Shown in pieces: positions 37,993 to 48,629 of a DNA stretch of 64,000 bases. The first letter of the stretch is position 1. The number at the start of each line of letters is the position of its first letter. A program made the position numbers and the translations under genes. A model generated the notes under the pieces. That model was not told the DNA's origin. It saw only the letters and a program-made list of their open reading frames with translations, and ran no database searches. The stretch spans positions 32,001 to 96,000 of the forward strand of contig JAZKFH010000015.1 of NCBI GenBank assembly GCA_040386535.1, read 5' to 3'. Source of the stretch: Myxococcota bacterium (lineage in GTDB: Bacteria > Myxococcota_A > UBA796 > SXON01).

Positions 37993-38771
37993 GGGGTCGA
38001 GGCGATCGGGTCGACGATGCCGTCGAGCGGGCTGCTGGCCGACGCGTAGAGCTTGCGGGGGATGCGGCCGGCGCCGCGCGCGAGCTCGCCCGCCTCGACC
38101 CCGAGGCGCATGGCGCGGGCCATCCGCACGGGATCCTTCGCGCCCGCCACCGCCGTGTTGAGCAGCACGGCGTCCGCCCCGAGCTCGAGCGCGAGCGCGG
38201 CGTCCGACGCGGTGCCCACCCCAGCATCGACGATGACGGGCACCTTGGCCTGCTCGACGATGATCCTGAGGTTCGTCGGGTTGCGGATGCCGAGGCCGGA
38301 GCCGATCGGCGCGGCGAGCGGCATCACCGCGGCGCAGCCGATCTCGGCGAGGCGCTTGCAGAGCACCGGATCGTCCGAGATGTAGGGGAGGACGACGAAG
38401 CCCTCCTTCACCAGCACCCGCGCGGCCTCCAGCGTGCCCTCGGCGCAGGGGAACAACGTGTCGGGATCGCCGATGACCTCGAGCTTGATCCAGTTCGTGC
38501 CGAGCAGCTCGCGGGCGAGGCGCGACGTGAGGATCGCGTCCTCCGCGGTGTAGCAGCCCGCCGTGTTCGGCAAGAGGTGGATCTTCGTCCGGTCGATGAA
38601 GTCGAGGATGTTCTCCCCGCGCGGCGCGTTGAGGTCGACCCGCCGGATCGCGAGGGTGACCATCTCGGTGGCGGCGGCCTCGTGGCAGGCGCGCATCGTG
38701 GCGAAGTCGGGGTACTTGCCGGTGCCGAGGATGAGGCGGCTCTGGAAGGTGCGGTCGGCGATCTGGAGCAT
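37989..38771 (-). CDS. thiG: Thiazole synthase
   Basis: [55 protein letters not shown] at 38771. Confidence 0.96.
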   Translation of the reverse strand: MLQIADRTFQSRLILGTGKYPDFATMRACHEAAATEMVTLAIRRVDLNAPRGENILDFIDRTKIHLLPNTAGCYTAEDAILTSRLARELLGTNWIKLEVIGDPDTLFPCAEGTLEAARVLVKEGFVVLPYISDDPVLCKRLAEIGCAAVMPLAAPIGSGLGIRNPTNLRIIVEQAKVPVIVDAGVGTASDAALALELGADAVLLNTAVAGAKDPVRMARAMRLGVEAGELARGAGRIPRKLYASASSPLDGIVDPIASTP

Positions 38772-38779
38772 CCGGGCGC

Positions 38780-39958
38780 TTAACCGCCGTCGGCGATCCG
38801 TTCGACCTTCACCGCGACGCCGTCGGCTTCGTAGCGGATCGTCGTCTCCATCGGGCGATCGGCGAACCAGCGCGGCTCGGTGGGGATCATGGTGACGGAC
38901 ACGGTGTCGGGCCCGGTCCACGTGCTCCGGACGCGGCCCGTGCCGTGCCCGGGCTGGCCGGCGATGTCGACGGCGAAGGAGGACTCGACGGTGCCCTCGA
39001 ACGGGCGGCGCAGATCGGGGAGGGCGGGGCGGAACACCACGTCGGTCACCGGTACGTCGACCCCGACCTGCCAGACCTGCGCGCGATCGAGCTCGCCGTC
39101 GACGAAGTGGTAGCGGAGCGACACGATGGGCCCGTCGCGACGCGCCCAGCCGTCGGCGACCGTCCACTCCTCGGTCGCCTGGGTGGGCCATGGCGCGCCG
39201 CTTCCCGGACGCACCAGCGCGAAGCCCCCCGCTCTCGGCGTGATGCGGAAGTCCGCGATCGCGAACCCGCCCTGCGTCTGCGCGAGGAGGATCTTCAGCG
39301 GCACGAGCCCGAGCATGCGCTTCAGCGGCCACTTCTTCCCGCCGATGGTCACCGAGGCCTCGCCGCCGATGCGGAACAGGTGCAGGTCGAGCAGGGCGGC
39401 CACCGCCGCGCGGCTGTGGCCCATGGTGTTGCCGTTGCGTGGCTGGCTCGGCTTCGTCGGGATGCGGCCGCGGTAGCTCACGTCGACGGGCTCGCCCGCG
39501 GGGTTCGTGTAGGCGAAGTGGAGGTCGGCGACCTCCGCGGTGGAGTTGTCGGTGACCACCAACGGCCCGGACACGCGCGGCGCCGGCACTTCGGGGATCC
39601 AGGCCTCGATGTCGGGGAGATCGGCGACGATGCCCTGGTTGCCGTTCGCGTCGGCGTCCTTCGCCAGCCAGAGCGGGCCCGACGGGAGGTCGAGGCGCGC
39701 GTATTCGTGCATGTCCCAGCCGGGGTGCGTGCTGACGAGCACGACGTCGAGCCCGTACCGGAGGCCCCAGACCTGGAGGGGGATCACCGGTGTGTCGACG
39801 CGGGGGCCGGCGGTGTAGCGGGCGCCCGAGGGCGCGGCGGCCTCGAAGGTGGCGCGCTCCGCGGGAGAGAGGACCGGCGGACCGGGGAGCATCTTCGAGA
39901 GGCCGCACGCGGTGAGCAGAGGCAGGGCGAGAAGGGTGGCGCGCTCCCGGAGCGACAT
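38780..39958 (-). CDS. Hypothetical lipoprotein
   Basis: Lipobox LLTAC, coding-like GC3, internal motif [12 protein letters not shown] at 39958 overlaps the upstream stop. Confidence 0.65.
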   Translation of the reverse strand: MSLRERATLLALPLLTACGLSKMLPGPPVLSPAERATFEAAAPSGARYTAGPRVDTPVIPLQVWGLRYGLDVVLVSTHPGWDMHEYARLDLPSGPLWLAKDADANGNQGIVADLPDIEAWIPEVPAPRVSGPLVVTDNSTAEVADLHFAYTNPAGEPVDVSYRGRIPTKPSQPRNGNTMGHSRAAVAALLDLHLFRIGGEASVTIGGKKWPLKRMLGLVPLKILLAQTQGGFAIADFRITPRAGGFALVRPGSGAPWPTQATEEWTVADGWARRDGPIVSLRYHFVDGELDRAQVWQVGVDVPVTDVVFRPALPDLRRPFEGTVESSFAVDIAGQPGHGTGRVRSTWTGPDTVSVTMIPTEPRWFADRPMETTIRYEADGVAVKVERIADGG

Positions 39959-41418
39959 CAGAACACCCACGCGGCTTCGGCGACCACGTCGTGCTCGACC
40001 GGCAACAGGCTGTCCTGCGGCACGTTCATCTCCCAGGTGGCGCCGAGGCGCACGACGTGTTCGGGCGCGACCTTCCAGCGGAGCCATCCCCCCGCGGCGG
40101 GCGACCAGCGCGCGTCGGGGAGGTCGAAGCCGGCCACCGGATCGAAGAACTGGAACCGGCCCACGAGCTCGATCGCCTCGATCAGGTCGCCCTCGATCGG
40201 AAACGCCCAGAGACCGGTGGCCGAGGCCCCCGAGTAGAAGGTGTCGAGGCGATCCTCGGTGGTGGTGCCGAGGAGGCCCTCGATGAGCAGCCGCTGGGTC
40301 GGGCCGCGCAGCTCCACCGCGAGCTCCGCTTGTCCCTGCTCCCCCGAACCGTCGAGCCCGCGGGCGCCGTAGAGGCCCGACAACGACACGGCCAGCGCGT
40401 CCATGGGCTCAGCGGCCACCCGCGCGATCACGTCCTTCCCGTTGTTCTGGTCGAGCGTGGCGCCGCCGCTGCCGTTGAGCAGCTGCACGTCGAACGCCCA
40501 GCGATCGCCGAGCTCGCCGCGCCAGCCGACGCCCAGATCCTCGTCGGGGACGAGCCCCTCGCGGCGCGCGAGGTCGGCGCGCCCGTCGCCGGCGAACGGA
40601 TAACGCTCCTCGTAGGTGTCCCGGGCGCCGAACGCGGGCTCCTGCAGGCCGATCCGCACGTCGTGGCGGAGCCCGCCGCCCGCGCCGAACGTGGCGCCGA
40701 GGTACACCTCGCGCCCCTGCACCGACCACCCGGCGGCCCAGTCCTTCACGTCGAAGGTGATGCCCGTGTTCGTGTAGGACGACGTGCTGTCGTCCTGCCG
40801 GAACTCGACCGCCAGGCGCCCGTAGAGGAAGCGCCCGAGCGCCACGTCGAGGATGGGGCGCGCGCGCGAGACGTTGAAGCCCGCGGAGGCCGCTCCGTCG
40901 ATCGCGCTCCCGAGGCGCTCGAGGTTGGCGGCGGTAAAATCGATCCGCACGTCCCCGCCCACGGTCACGACCGGCTTCAGAACGGGGGCGACGGCGAGGG
41001 GAGGCGGGGGAAGGGGAGCCGTGGTGGGGCTCGGGGTGGTCGCGACGGTCTGAGCGGGCGGCTCTACCGCGACGGGCGTGGGCTCGGCGGGCGAGCTGGC
41101 CCCGACCGGCTCACCGGCGGGCTTCCCTGCTGGCGCACCGTTGACCCACGCGAGCGCCAACGTCGGCACCTGGTTCCACACGGTCCAGTCGTTCGCGCCG
41201 GGCCCGCGCACCTCGTGCTTCCCGGCCGGCGCGGCGCGGACCAGCGCGAGGATCTCGGCGACCGTGTGATCCCCGGAGCCGGAGGGGCCGCGGTACTCGT
41301 AGACGACGGCGTAGACACCGTCGGCAGCGGCGCTTTCCGAGGGGGCGGCCTCGGCGGGCGCGGAGAACGTGGCGAGGCTGAGGAACAACAAGCTGAGGAT
41401 CCGCAGATGGGCCGCCAC
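39958..41418 (-). CDS. Porin-like beta-barrel (OprO/OprP-like) with N-terminal GYF_2-like domain and Pro-rich linker
   Basis: Signal peptide, FNVSRAR, LLNGSG...[13 protein letters not shown]-terminal WVF. Confidence 0.65.
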   Translation of the reverse strand: MAAHLRILSLLFLSLATFSAPAEAAPSESAAADGVYAVVYEYRGPSGSGDHTVAEILALVRAAPAGKHEVRGPGANDWTVWNQVPTLALAWVNGAPAGKPAGEPVGASSPAEPTPVAVEPPAQTVATTPSPTTAPLPPPPLAVAPVLKPVVTVGGDVRIDFTAANLERLGSAIDGAASAGFNVSRARPILDVALGRFLYGRLAVEFRQDDSTSSYTNTGITFDVKDWAAGWSVQGREVYLGATFGAGGGLRHDVRIGLQEPAFGARDTYEERYPFAGDGRADLARREGLVPDEDLGVGWRGELGDRWAFDVQLLNGSGGATLDQNNGKDVIARVAAEPMDALAVSLSGLYGARGLDGSGEQGQAELAVELRGPTQRLLIEGLLGTTTEDRLDTFYSGASATGLWAFPIEGDLIEAIELVGRFQFFDPVAGFDLPDARWSPAAGGWLRWKVAPEHVVRLGATWEMNVPQDSLLPVEHDVVAEAAWVF

Positions 41419-41446
41419 ATCTATCGCTTGTGTGGCGCCCGGCTCG

Positions 41447-42808
41447 CTACTCGGCGAAGAAGGGGGAGGCGAACACGCGGTGCTCCGCCTCGCCCTGCAT
41501 CGCGCGGATGCGCACGTAGCGGGGCTCGCCCGCGGGGATGGTCAGGGTGGTCTCCGTGGTGACCTGGCCAAACGCGTCGACCACGTCCAGCGTCCACTGG
41601 GTCACCCGCGGATCCTCCAACGTGACCGTGAGCTCGAGCGGCATCGCGTCCGCCGGAATGTCGTCTCCCGGCAGGTAGCGCTCGCCGTCGGCGCCGGAAG
41701 CGTAGATGACGAGCTTCTCCGCGGCCCACGACGCCACGACGGTGTGCCGCGCCTCCAGGATGTCGAAGAGCTCTTCCCGATCGAAGCGCGAGCCCGTCAC
41801 GATCGCGCCGGTGACGGTGCCGTTGCTGTACTGGTCGTGCCAGGGTTGGGGCGACTTCGGGTTCGCCTGGAGATCCCGCACCTGGCCGGGGCCGCCGGCC
41901 ACCCGCCCGGGCTCGTCCATGTGGTTGTCCGTGCCGCCCACGAACCCGAGCCGGTGCCCCATCTGGAGCATGTACTGGATCGACCCGTCGTCCACGTGGT
42001 GGTCGGTGCTGTAGCGCCAGTCGCACCCCTCGGTCGCGACGCGGGTGTCACACTCGGAGCTGCCGTGCTCCGACGCGATCTCGACCACCGTGTCGCCCTC
42101 GACCCAGCTCTCCTCGGTCGCCCAGTCGACCCACGCCGGGCGGTCCTGCGCGACGTGGTGGAAGAAGCCGATCGCCCGCGAGGGGCCGCACCCGTCGAGA
42201 TCGGGCACGGCCTGGAGCCGGGCGCGCAGCTCCGAGGGCTGCACGGCGGGCTCGAGCTCCGAGTACTGGTACCGCTCGGTCCCGTAGGACACCACTCCCG
42301 TGCCGTGGCAGGACGGGATCCGCCACTCGGCGCAGCCCTCGACGTCCTCGATGAGCACGGTGCGGTGGGTGGCCTGGTAGATCTCGCCGGGATCGGCGTC
42401 GCAGGTGGAGGTCCACTCGTAGCCGAGGATGCCGAACGCGGACGTGCCCTCGGCGGCGCGGACGAGCTCCTGCATCCGCGACCAGATGTCGATGTCGATA
42501 CCATCGTCCGGGCGAAGGTACCGCGTGAACTCGGCGTGATCGGTCAGCGCGGCAAAACCGAGCCCGTAGGCGATCGCGCGCGGAAACGCCTCCTCGGCGG
42601 GCAGCTCCGCGTCGGGCAGGCACCGGTTGTCGGGCGCCTCGCAACCGTCGTGAGAGAGGTTGGTATGGTTGTGCAGATCGCCCCACACGATGGTGGGGTC
42701 CACGAGGACGGGGGGACGCGGGTCGGCACCCGTGTCGTCGACACCGTCCACCGCCGGAGACTGGAAGCGCAGGCAGGCCGCGAGCGGGAGGAGGACGAGC
42801 GATCGCAT
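41447..42808 (-). CDS. PHP-fold metallohydrolase (CehA/McbA or DUF3604-like), lipoprotein
   Basis: WGDLHNHTNLSHDG, FAALTDH, GYEWT, HR, GFVGGTDNH, terminal ASPFF; lipobox LAAC. Confidence 0.8.
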   Translation of the reverse strand: MRSLVLLPLAACLRFQSPAVDGVDDTGADPRPPVLVDPTIVWGDLHNHTNLSHDGCEAPDNRCLPDAELPAEEAFPRAIAYGLGFAALTDHAEFTRYLRPDDGIDIDIWSRMQELVRAAEGTSAFGILGYEWTSTCDADPGEIYQATHRTVLIEDVEGCAEWRIPSCHGTGVVSYGTERYQYSELEPAVQPSELRARLQAVPDLDGCGPSRAIGFFHHVAQDRPAWVDWATEESWVEGDTVVEIASEHGSSECDTRVATEGCDWRYSTDHHVDDGSIQYMLQMGHRLGFVGGTDNHMDEPGRVAGGPGQVRDLQANPKSPQPWHDQYSNGTVTGAIVTGSRFDREELFDILEARHTVVASWAAEKLVIYASGADGERYLPGDDIPADAMPLELTVTLEDPRVTQWTLDVVDAFGQVTTETTLTIPAGEPRYVRIRAMQGEAEHRVFASPFFAE

Positions 42809-42893
42809 CGGAAGGACAATTAGACCGGACCGCGCGCGATCGCCACGAATCGATCGCGTTGACGTGCCCCGATCCCCGCTCTAAGGTGCGGGC

Positions 42894-44558
42894 ATGATGC
42901 GGCGTCCCTCCCTGCTCCTCGCGGCCGCCACCCTCTCCCTCGTGCTCCCCGCGTGCCGGTTCACCGCCTCCGATGTGGTTCCGGACGACACCGCCGTTCC
43001 CGACACCGCGGCGGATGCCGACACGGACACCGACGCCGATACCGACGCGGACACCGATGTCGACACCGGCACCACCGGCATCCCCTGGCTCACCGTGGTC
43101 GAGCGGGACACCCGGACCTACGGCGAGATCGGCATCGAGATCGTGACCTACGCGATGACGGCCGACAGCCCGACCGGCTACCGCGACGGGGACGGCGCGG
43201 ATCCGCGCTTCCACGTCATCCGGCCGGCCGACTTCACCGACGCCGGCGCCGAGCACCCGGTGTTGATGTGGCTGCACGGCTCGGCCCAAGGCGTGGACGG
43301 CGACGAGGTGCTCGGCGCCCGCTGCGGGGCCGACGGCATCGAGCAGGTCGTGAACGACGCGGTGACCGAGCACCACTTCGTGGCGTCCGAGGTCGCCGAC
43401 CGCGAGTGGATCTGGGTCGTGCCGGAGAACACCTGGTGTGACCTCTGGACCGGCCTCGGCGCGAACGACCCGGTCGACACCGCGCACCACGGCACCGAGC
43501 ACGTCCACACCATCCTCGACGCGCTGGAGACCGGGTTCGACGGGCTGCTGGCCGACCCCGACCGCATCTACGGATGGGGCACGTCGATCGGCGGCTCCGG
43601 CATCGTCGTCGCGGCCGGGCGGGACACGCCGTCGCGGTTCGCGGCCATCATCGCCGACAGCGGCCCGGTCAGCCCGTCGTCCTGGTACAACCTGCCCTCC
43701 GAGCAGCCCTACCTCGACCACATCCTCGGCGGCCCCGCCTACGGCAGCGACGGCCAGCCGACCCCGTACTACCCGAACTACCTGCGCGCGGACGGCACCC
43801 TGCTCGTCTCCGAGGGTGGCTTCCGCGTGCCGATGTTCCAGGTCTACAACACCTACGACACGCTCGTGCCGATCCGCCAGAACGACGAGCTCGCCGCGCT
43901 GGTCGATCTCCACTACGGCCCCGAGGGCGTGCGGTACTTCCATCACGACGTGGGGCACCACGCGCCGTCGACCAGCTTCCACGTGCAGACCGGCTACGAG
44001 CGGCCCCCCTTCAGCTACACCAGCCGCGCGGCGTTCGCCTTCCTCGATGGCGGGGGCGCGGCCTATTACGAGGCCGAGGACACCTGCACCTCCGGCAGCT
44101 GCACCGTCGTGATGGAGTCGGGCGCGGGCGTCCTGGAGTCGATGTCCGCCTACTCGCAGGGCGCCGCGGTCATCCGCGACGCGGCCGCCGGCGTCGGCAC
44201 GATGTACGTGGGGCCGCTCCCGGCCTCGGTCCCGCGGGACACAGCCGCCACCATCCTCCCGGTCATCTCCGGCGAGGATCTCTCCGGGGCGGCTCCCGCC
44301 GACGCCGTCGCCACGCTCGAGTTGTTGGCGGACGACATCGTCGTGAGCACCCGGGTCATCAAGCGGGGGGACCTCGCCGCGGGCGCCGCCGAGACCCACG
44401 CCGCCTACTACGCGCAGGTCGACAAGACGACCTGGCTGGTCGACCTCGACAGGGACGGCGCAGCCGACCCGCTCCCCGAGGGCGAGCTGAGCGTGCGGGT
44501 CACGTTCGAGGGGCTCGGCAAGGTGTGGCTCGACGGGTTCTGGGTCCTCACGGAGTAG
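42894..44558 (+). CDS. Lipoprotein with alpha/beta-hydrolase fold and Asp/Thr-rich linker
   Basis: Lipobox LPAC, DTDADTDADTD linker, LMWLHGS, nucleophile elbow GTSIGG, DTLVP. Confidence 0.7.
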   Translation: MMRRPSLLLAAATLSLVLPACRFTASDVVPDDTAVPDTAADADTDTDADTDADTDVDTGTTGIPWLTVVERDTRTYGEIGIEIVTYAMTADSPTGYRDGDGADPRFHVIRPADFTDAGAEHPVLMWLHGSAQGVDGDEVLGARCGADGIEQVVNDAVTEHHFVASEVADREWIWVVPENTWCDLWTGLGANDPVDTAHHGTEHVHTILDALETGFDGLLADPDRIYGWGTSIGGSGIVVAAGRDTPSRFAAIIADSGPVSPSSWYNLPSEQPYLDHILGGPAYGSDGQPTPYYPNYLRADGTLLVSEGGFRVPMFQVYNTYDTLVPIRQNDELAALVDLHYGPEGVRYFHHDVGHHAPSTSFHVQTGYERPPFSYTSRAAFAFLDGGGAAYYEAEDTCTSGSCTVVMESGAGVLESMSAYSQGAAVIRDAAAGVGTMYVGPLPASVPRDTAATILPVISGEDLSGAAPADAVATLELLADDIVVSTRVIKRGDLAAGAAETHAAYYAQVDKTTWLVDLDRDGAADPLPEGELSVRVTFEGLGKVWLDGFWVLTE

Positions 44559-44593
44559 GCGGTTAGAGAGGCGGCCCGCCTTCGGAGACCGCC

Positions 44594-45769
44594 ATGTCCG
44601 CACCCGTCCTCTGCCTCCCGCTCCGCACGCCCATCGGCCGTTTCGGGGGTGGCCTCGCCGAGGTCCGGCCCGATGACCTCGCCGCGCACGTGCTCCAGGC
44701 CGTGGTGCAGCGCTCCGGCATCGATCCCGCCTGCATCGACGAGGTGTTCCTCGGCTGCGCCAACCAGGCGGGCGAGGACAACCGCAACGTCGCCCGCATG
44801 GCGCTCCTGCTCGCGGGCCTGCCCCAGTCCGTGCCCGGCGTCACGGTCAACCGCCTCTGCGCCTCCGGCCTCGAAGCGGTGAACCAGGCTGCCCGTATGA
44901 TCCGCTGTGGTGACGCCGAGGTCGTGCTCGCCGGCGGCGTCGAGGCGATGTCGCGCGCGCCGTACGTGATGCCGCGCGGGGCGAACTTCCCCAAGATGGG
45001 CAACCTCACGGTCTACGACTCCTCGCTCGGCTGGCGTTTCCCCAACCCCAAGATGGAGGCCCTCTTTCCGCTCGAGGCCATGGGCGAGACCGCCGAGAAC
45101 CTCGTCGAGCGCTACGAGATCAGCCGCGCCGATCAGGACGCGTTCGCCGTCGAGTCCCACCGCCGCGCCCTCGCGGCGGACTTCTCCACCGAGATCGTGC
45201 CCGTTCCCCGCGCCAAGCTCGGCCCGCTCGAAGCCGACGAGGGCCCCCGCGCCGACGCGACGCTCGAGTCCCTCGGCAAGCTCAAGGCCGTGTTCCGCAA
45301 GGGCGGCTCCGTGACCGCCGGGAACTCGTCCACGCTCAACGACGGCGCCGCCGCCATGATCGTCGCGTCGCCCGACCGCGCGGCGGCCCTGGGCCTCACC
45401 CCGGTGGCGCGCATCCTCGGCGTCGCGAGCGCGGGCGTGGATCCGCGCATCATGGGCGTCGGCCCCGTGCCCGCGATCCAGAAGCTCCTGACCCGGGCGG
45501 GCCTCACCGTCGCCGACATCGACCTGTTCGAGCTGAACGAGGCGTTCGCCGCCCAGTCGCTCGCGGTCATCCGCACGCTCGGGCTCGACCCGATGAAGGT
45601 GAACGTCAAGGGCGGCGCGATCGCGCTCGGCCACCCGCTCGGCTCCAGCGGCGCGCGCATCCTCACGACGCTCGCGTACACGCTCCGCGAGCGCGGCCAA
45701 CGCTACGGCGTGGCGTCGCTGTGCGTGGGCGTCGGGCAGGGCGTCGCGACGTTGATCGAGGCGGTGTGA
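44594..45769 (+). CDS. Acetyl-CoA C-acyltransferase (thiolase, PcaF/PaaJ-like)
   Basis: [41 protein letters not shown]. Confidence 0.93.
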   Translation: MSAPVLCLPLRTPIGRFGGGLAEVRPDDLAAHVLQAVVQRSGIDPACIDEVFLGCANQAGEDNRNVARMALLLAGLPQSVPGVTVNRLCASGLEAVNQAARMIRCGDAEVVLAGGVEAMSRAPYVMPRGANFPKMGNLTVYDSSLGWRFPNPKMEALFPLEAMGETAENLVERYEISRADQDAFAVESHRRALAADFSTEIVPVPRAKLGPLEADEGPRADATLESLGKLKAVFRKGGSVTAGNSSTLNDGAAAMIVASPDRAAALGLTPVARILGVASAGVDPRIMGVGPVPAIQKLLTRAGLTVADIDLFELNEAFAAQSLAVIRTLGLDPMKVNVKGGAIALGHPLGSSGARILTTLAYTLRERGQRYGVASLCVGVGQGVATLIEAV

Positions 45770-46242
45770 TCCGCCGCGCGGGCCCGGCGGACGCGGCGGC
45801 GCTCGCGACGTTGAACAGCCACGTCCAGGCGCTCCACGTCGCCTGGGCGCCGCATCGCTACCTCACGTCCGATCCCACCGCCGTTGTCGTGTTCTTCGAC
45901 GCGCTTCTGGCGCGCGAGGACGTGATCGTCGCGCTCGCCGAGTCCGATGGGCTCGATGGCTACGCGGTCGGCTCGGTGCAGACGCGGGAGGTGTCGGCCT
46001 TCAAGCACGCGTCGGTCACGATGGTGCTCGACCAGATCGGCGTCCGCTCGGACCGCCGGGGCGCGGGAGTGGGCCGCGCGCTGATGGGGTGGATGGAGGC
46101 CGAGGGGCGGGCGCGGGGTTGTGAGCAGATGCAGCTCGAGGTGCTCGCCGTAAACGAGGGGGCGCGCGGCTTCTACGAGCGCCTCGGGTACCTTCCCGAG
46201 CAGGTCCGCTACGGGAAGGTCATCCTCCGCGATTCGGGTTAG
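45766..46242 (+). CDS. GNAT N-acetyltransferase
   Basis: IRRAGPAD, V...[33 protein letters not shown] overlaps the thiolase stop. Confidence 0.85.
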   Translation: MIRRAGPADAAALATLNSHVQALHVAWAPHRYLTSDPTAVVVFFDALLAREDVIVALAESDGLDGYAVGSVQTREVSAFKHASVTMVLDQIGVRSDRRGAGVGRALMGWMEAEGRARGCEQMQLEVLAVNEGARGFYERLGYLPEQVRYGKVILRDSG

Positions 46243-46266
46243 GACGGGCCGCTTCCGGAGCGAACG

Positions 46267-47718
46267 ATGAGCACAGCGGACCTGACGAACCTGGTCACCC
46301 GCGAGGACCGCGGGCGCGTCTCGATCCTGACCCTCAACAACCCGCCGGCCAACGGCTACTCGCACGCCATGCACAAGGCGCTCGACGCGCACGTGCTCGA
46401 CCTGCGGATGGACAAGGGCACCGACGTCATCGTGCTCCGCGGCGCCGGCGAGCGCTTCTTCTGCGCGGGCGCCGACATCGGCTACCTCCAGACGCTCGAC
46501 CCCGACGACAAGTACGCCTTCTGCCTGCACGCCAACGAGACGCTCCTGCGCCTGGAGAACACGCCGAAGCTCGTCATCGCCGCGCTCAACGGCCACTGCG
46601 TCGGCGGCGGGCTGGAGATCGCGCTCGCGTGTGACCTGCGCATCGGCCGCGCCAGCGGCGGCAAGCCCAACCTCGTCGGCTTGCCAGAAGTGTCGCTCGG
46701 CGTGTTGCCCGGCACCGGCGGTACCCAGCGGCTCACCCGCGTCCTCGGCCGCGCGCGCGCGCTCCAGTGGATGGTCGAGGGGCGCAACGTCTCCGTCGAG
46801 GAGGCCCTGTCCATCGGGCTCGTACACCAGGTGCTCCCCGAACATGGCTGGTGGGAGGCCGTGCTCGCCTACGCCGCCACGTTCACGCGGCCGTTCCGCG
46901 CGGCGGGGGCCGTGGGCCTCATCAAGCGCGCGGTGGTGGGCGGCGCGGATCTGCCGCTCGAAGCGGGCCTCGCGCTCGAGCGGGAGCTCCAGATGCGCCT
47001 GTTCGCCGCGGCGGACGCGAAGGAGGGGATGGCCGCCTTCCTCGAAAAACGTCCACCGGTGTTCACGGGTGCGTCTCTTGGGGCAGGGGGGGCAAGCCCC
47101 CCCCGCAACGCCCCCCCCGCCGCCGCGGCACCCTCGTCCTCGTCGGCACCGTCGTACACGGTGCGCCCCGAGCCGTACCAGCCGGCCCCGGCGTCCGCGT
47201 CGGCAGCGCCGGTCTCCACGCCCCGTCCGCTGGGCACCCCCGCGACCGCGCTCACCCCTCCGAACCGCCCCCGCGCTGACCCCGGTGACGGTCGCGGCCA
47301 CGTGATGACGCCCCCCGCGGACCCCGACGGCCGCCGCTCCGCCGACCACGCGCGCGACGAGTTCAAGGGCTTCGAGGACTTCGCCGATTTCGGCCCGGAC
47401 GAGTCCGAGCTCGGCGGCGAGGCCTTCGGCACCGGCGGCCGCCCCCACGGCGCGGAGGATCCGCTCCCCGGCCGCATCGACCTGCACCGCACCCGCATCC
47501 CCGACACCGTCCTGAACCTGCTCGGGCGCACGCTCGTGGAGCGGTACCTCGTCCTGCCGGTCAAGCGCACGGAGTCCACCCTCCTCGTCGCCATGGCCGA
47601 CCCGAACGACGCCGAGGCGCTCGACGCCATCCGTGAAGAGACCGGCCTCGAGGTGCAGGCCGTCCGCGCGCCCGAGCTGGACATCGCCGTCATGGTGGCG
47701 CGCTACTACCGGGCCTGA
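46267..47718 (+). CDS. Enoyl-CoA hydratase/crotonase fused via a Pro-rich linker to a GspE/PilB N-terminal (T2SSE_N/MshEN-type) domain
   Basis: FFCAGADI, NGHCVGGGLEIALACD, GLPEVSLGVLPGTGGTQRL, EGMAAFLEKR; C-terminal YLVLPV...LLVAMADPND.EALD.I...TG...V...I....RYY. Confidence 0.85.
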   Translation: MSTADLTNLVTREDRGRVSILTLNNPPANGYSHAMHKALDAHVLDLRMDKGTDVIVLRGAGERFFCAGADIGYLQTLDPDDKYAFCLHANETLLRLENTPKLVIAALNGHCVGGGLEIALACDLRIGRASGGKPNLVGLPEVSLGVLPGTGGTQRLTRVLGRARALQWMVEGRNVSVEEALSIGLVHQVLPEHGWWEAVLAYAATFTRPFRAAGAVGLIKRAVVGGADLPLEAGLALERELQMRLFAAADAKEGMAAFLEKRPPVFTGASLGAGGASPPRNAPPAAAAPSSSSAPSYTVRPEPYQPAPASASAAPVSTPRPLGTPATALTPPNRPRADPGDGRGHVMTPPADPDGRRSADHARDEFKGFEDFADFGPDESELGGEAFGTGGRPHGAEDPLPGRIDLHRTRIPDTVLNLLGRTLVERYLVLPVKRTESTLLVAMADPNDAEALDAIREETGLEVQAVRAPELDIAVMVARYYRA

Positions 47719-47764
47719 GTCTTTCTTCTGTCATCTCGCTTCCTGGCATCTCGGAGGGTTTCTC

Positions 47765-48616
47765 GTGAACGACATCCAACGCATCGGCATCGTCGGCAGT
47801 GGCACGATGGGCCACGGCATCGCGCACGTGTCCGCGCTCGCGGGCTGCGACGTGGCGCTCTACGACGTCGACGTGGCGCGGGTCGACGCCGCGCTCGCCA
47901 AGGTGAGGTCCAACCTGGACAAGGGCGTCGAGAAAGGAAAGGTCACCCCGGACGAGCGTGACGCCGCCGTTGCCCGGCTCTCCGGCGCGACCCGCCTCGA
48001 AGATCTCGCCGAGTGTGACCTCGTCATCGAGGCCATCCCCGAGAAGCTGGAGATGAAGCGCCAGCTCTTCCACGCGCTCGACACCATCGTGCGCGAGGGC
48101 GCCATCCTGGCGACCAACACCTCCTCGCTCTCCATCGCCGCCATCGCCGCGGGCGGCCGCGCGCCCAACCGGGTGATCGGCACCCACTTTTTCAACCCCG
48201 TGCACATCATGGCGCTGCTCGAGGTCGTCGTGTACGACGGCACCGCGCCCACCGTGCTCGACCAGGTGCTCCGCTGGGGCGCCCGCATCGGCAAGGAGAC
48301 CATCACCGTCCGCGACTTCCCCGGCTTCGCCACGTCGCGCCTCGGCGTGTGCCTCGGCATGGAGGCCATCCGCATGGTCGAGCAGGGCGTCGCGAGCGCG
48401 GAAGACATCGACAAGGCCATGGTCCTCGGCTACCGGCACCCCGTCGGCCCCCTGCGCCTGACCGACATGGTCGGCCTCGACGTGCGGCTCGCCATCGGCG
48501 AGTACCTCGCCAAGGAGCTCGGCAACGCCGCGTTCGAGCCGCCCGTGCTCATGCGCGAGATGGTCAAGCACGGGAAGTTGGGGCAGAAGTCGGGGGAGGG
48601 GTTCTATCGGTGGTGA
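47765..48616 (+). CDS. 3-hydroxyacyl(butyryl)-CoA dehydrogenase
   Basis: GIVGSGTMGHGIA, VIEAIPE, ATNTSSL, HFFNP, GPLRLTDMVGLD, GQKSGEGFY. GTG at 47765 after GGAGG. Confidence 0.93.
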   Translation: MNDIQRIGIVGSGTMGHGIAHVSALAGCDVALYDVDVARVDAALAKVRSNLDKGVEKGKVTPDERDAAVARLSGATRLEDLAECDLVIEAIPEKLEMKRQLFHALDTIVREGAILATNTSSLSIAAIAAGGRAPNRVIGTHFFNPVHIMALLEVVVYDGTAPTVLDQVLRWGARIGKETITVRDFPGFATSRLGVCLGMEAIRMVEQGVASAEDIDKAMVLGYRHPVGPLRLTDMVGLDVRLAIGEYLAKELGNAAFEPPVLMREMVKHGKLGQKSGEGFYRW

Positions 48617-48629
48617 GGCGGGTCCCCGC

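Noticed and set aside
37989..38800. TPP riboswitch upstream of thiG
   Set aside because: There are only 8 nt between thiG and the upstream gene, and no TPP consensus (CUGAGA...ACCUG) was recognised.
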